DNA from: a virus
Virus record (IMG/VR): IMGVR_UViG_3300045988_171585
Location: 1 to 57,195 of that record
Strand: one strand, 5' to 3'
Length of the DNA stretch: 57,195 bases
Shown here piece by piece: positions 56,807-57,195 of this stretch (the first letter of the stretch is position 1; each line of letters opens with the position of its first letter). Both the position numbers and the translations under genes were made by a program. A model generated the notes under the pieces. That model saw nothing but the letters and a program-made list of their open reading frames with translations. It had not been told where the DNA came from and did not search any database.

Positions 56807-57163
56807 CTACCACCACATATTATAATAAACTAAATAAAACACTTCAAACACTTCATCAATTGCATTTGTAAATTCTTCTTTAAACTCTTCTTTAATCGAA
56901 TAATCATAATATACTTTTATAAGCCAATTTGTATCCTTAATAATAATATTAATAGCATCTTTTTGCGTAATAATCTTCCCCTTATAATCGTAGGTATAAT
57001 GTTCTAAATCAACAATATTACCAGCCTCTTTAAGATACATTTTAAAATGCTCATTTATCCAAAGTAAAAACGAGTAATCAATGTTCCAACATTCCTCTTT
57101 TAATTTCACGTTCCTAAGTCTTTTAAACATTCCTATATTACCCTCCTTATCATAATTATACAC
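56807..57163 (-). CDS. hypothetical protein
   Basis: ORF; start codon lies inside the terminal repeat. Confidence 0.45.
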   Translation of the reverse strand: MYNYDKEGNIGMFKRLRNVKLKEECWNIDYSFLLWINEHFKMYLKEAGNIVDLEHYTYDYKGKIITQKDAINIIIKDTNWLIKVYYDYSIKEEFKEEFTNAIDEVFEVFYLVYYNMWW

Positions 57164-57195
57164 AAAATATCTAATTTATGCAATAAAAAAAAAAC

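Noticed and set aside
1-57195. Search for an integrase/recombinase and a lysogeny switch
   Set aside because: No ORF with tyrosine or serine recombinase features was found. The XRE-like and ImmA-like genes are dispersed, not a cI/cro-type divergent pair, so the phage is described as likely virulent or non-integrating

Overview
The window looks like a complete genome of a tailed dsDNA phage from a low-GC Firmicutes host. It is visibly very AT-rich, uses sigmaA-type TTGACT/TATAAT promoters, and its endolysin has a Peptidase_M15 domain plus a CW_7 cell-wall-binding repeat. The first 89 bp (1-89) are identical to the last 89 bp (57107-57195), so the contig is circularly closed or carries a short terminal redundancy. 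No integrase was seen.

Gene order:
- 485-2763 (minus strand): small accessory genes including a MazG-like gene.
- 3432-4236 and 6160-10734 (plus): about 25 small, mostly acidic early genes whose junctions share a conserved RBS/stop/start motif.
- 4748-5500 (minus): an isolated DNA-binding gene flanked by repeats, next to an iteron-rich region at 5590-6000.
- 10762-26979 (plus): replication and recombination genes. These are an SF2 helicase, a LexA-DBD-only protein, VirE-like NTPase, primase-polymerase, Hjc-like resolvase, three DNA methyltransferases, an ImmA/IrrE-like protease, family-B DNA polymerase, PD-(D/E)xK exonuclease and a DUF669-like protein.
- 27226-30118 (plus): a terminator-bounded accessory cassette encoding unusual proteins (Cys/Gly-rich membrane repeat protein, TNF/C1q-like BclA/ExsF-type protein, Met-rich and Arg/Tyr/Asp-rich proteins).
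- 30252-53288 (minus): late regulator, holin, endolysin, two tail-fibre/LRR modules, tail proteins, tape measure, frameshifted chaperones, major tail, connectors, capsid, scaffold, portal and terminase large subunit.
- A tRNA-Cys, then 54346-57163 (minus): a homing-endonuclease-like DNA-binding protein, a metallophosphoesterase and others.

Most unusual features:
- Two promoter-driven noncoding regions of roughly 600 nt and 900 nt (32350-32995 and 53300-54345).
- Several short promoter-to-terminator sRNA units.
- A genome-wide reused TTGACTT-N16-TAtaaT promoter cassette.
- The 27-30 kb accessory cassette.
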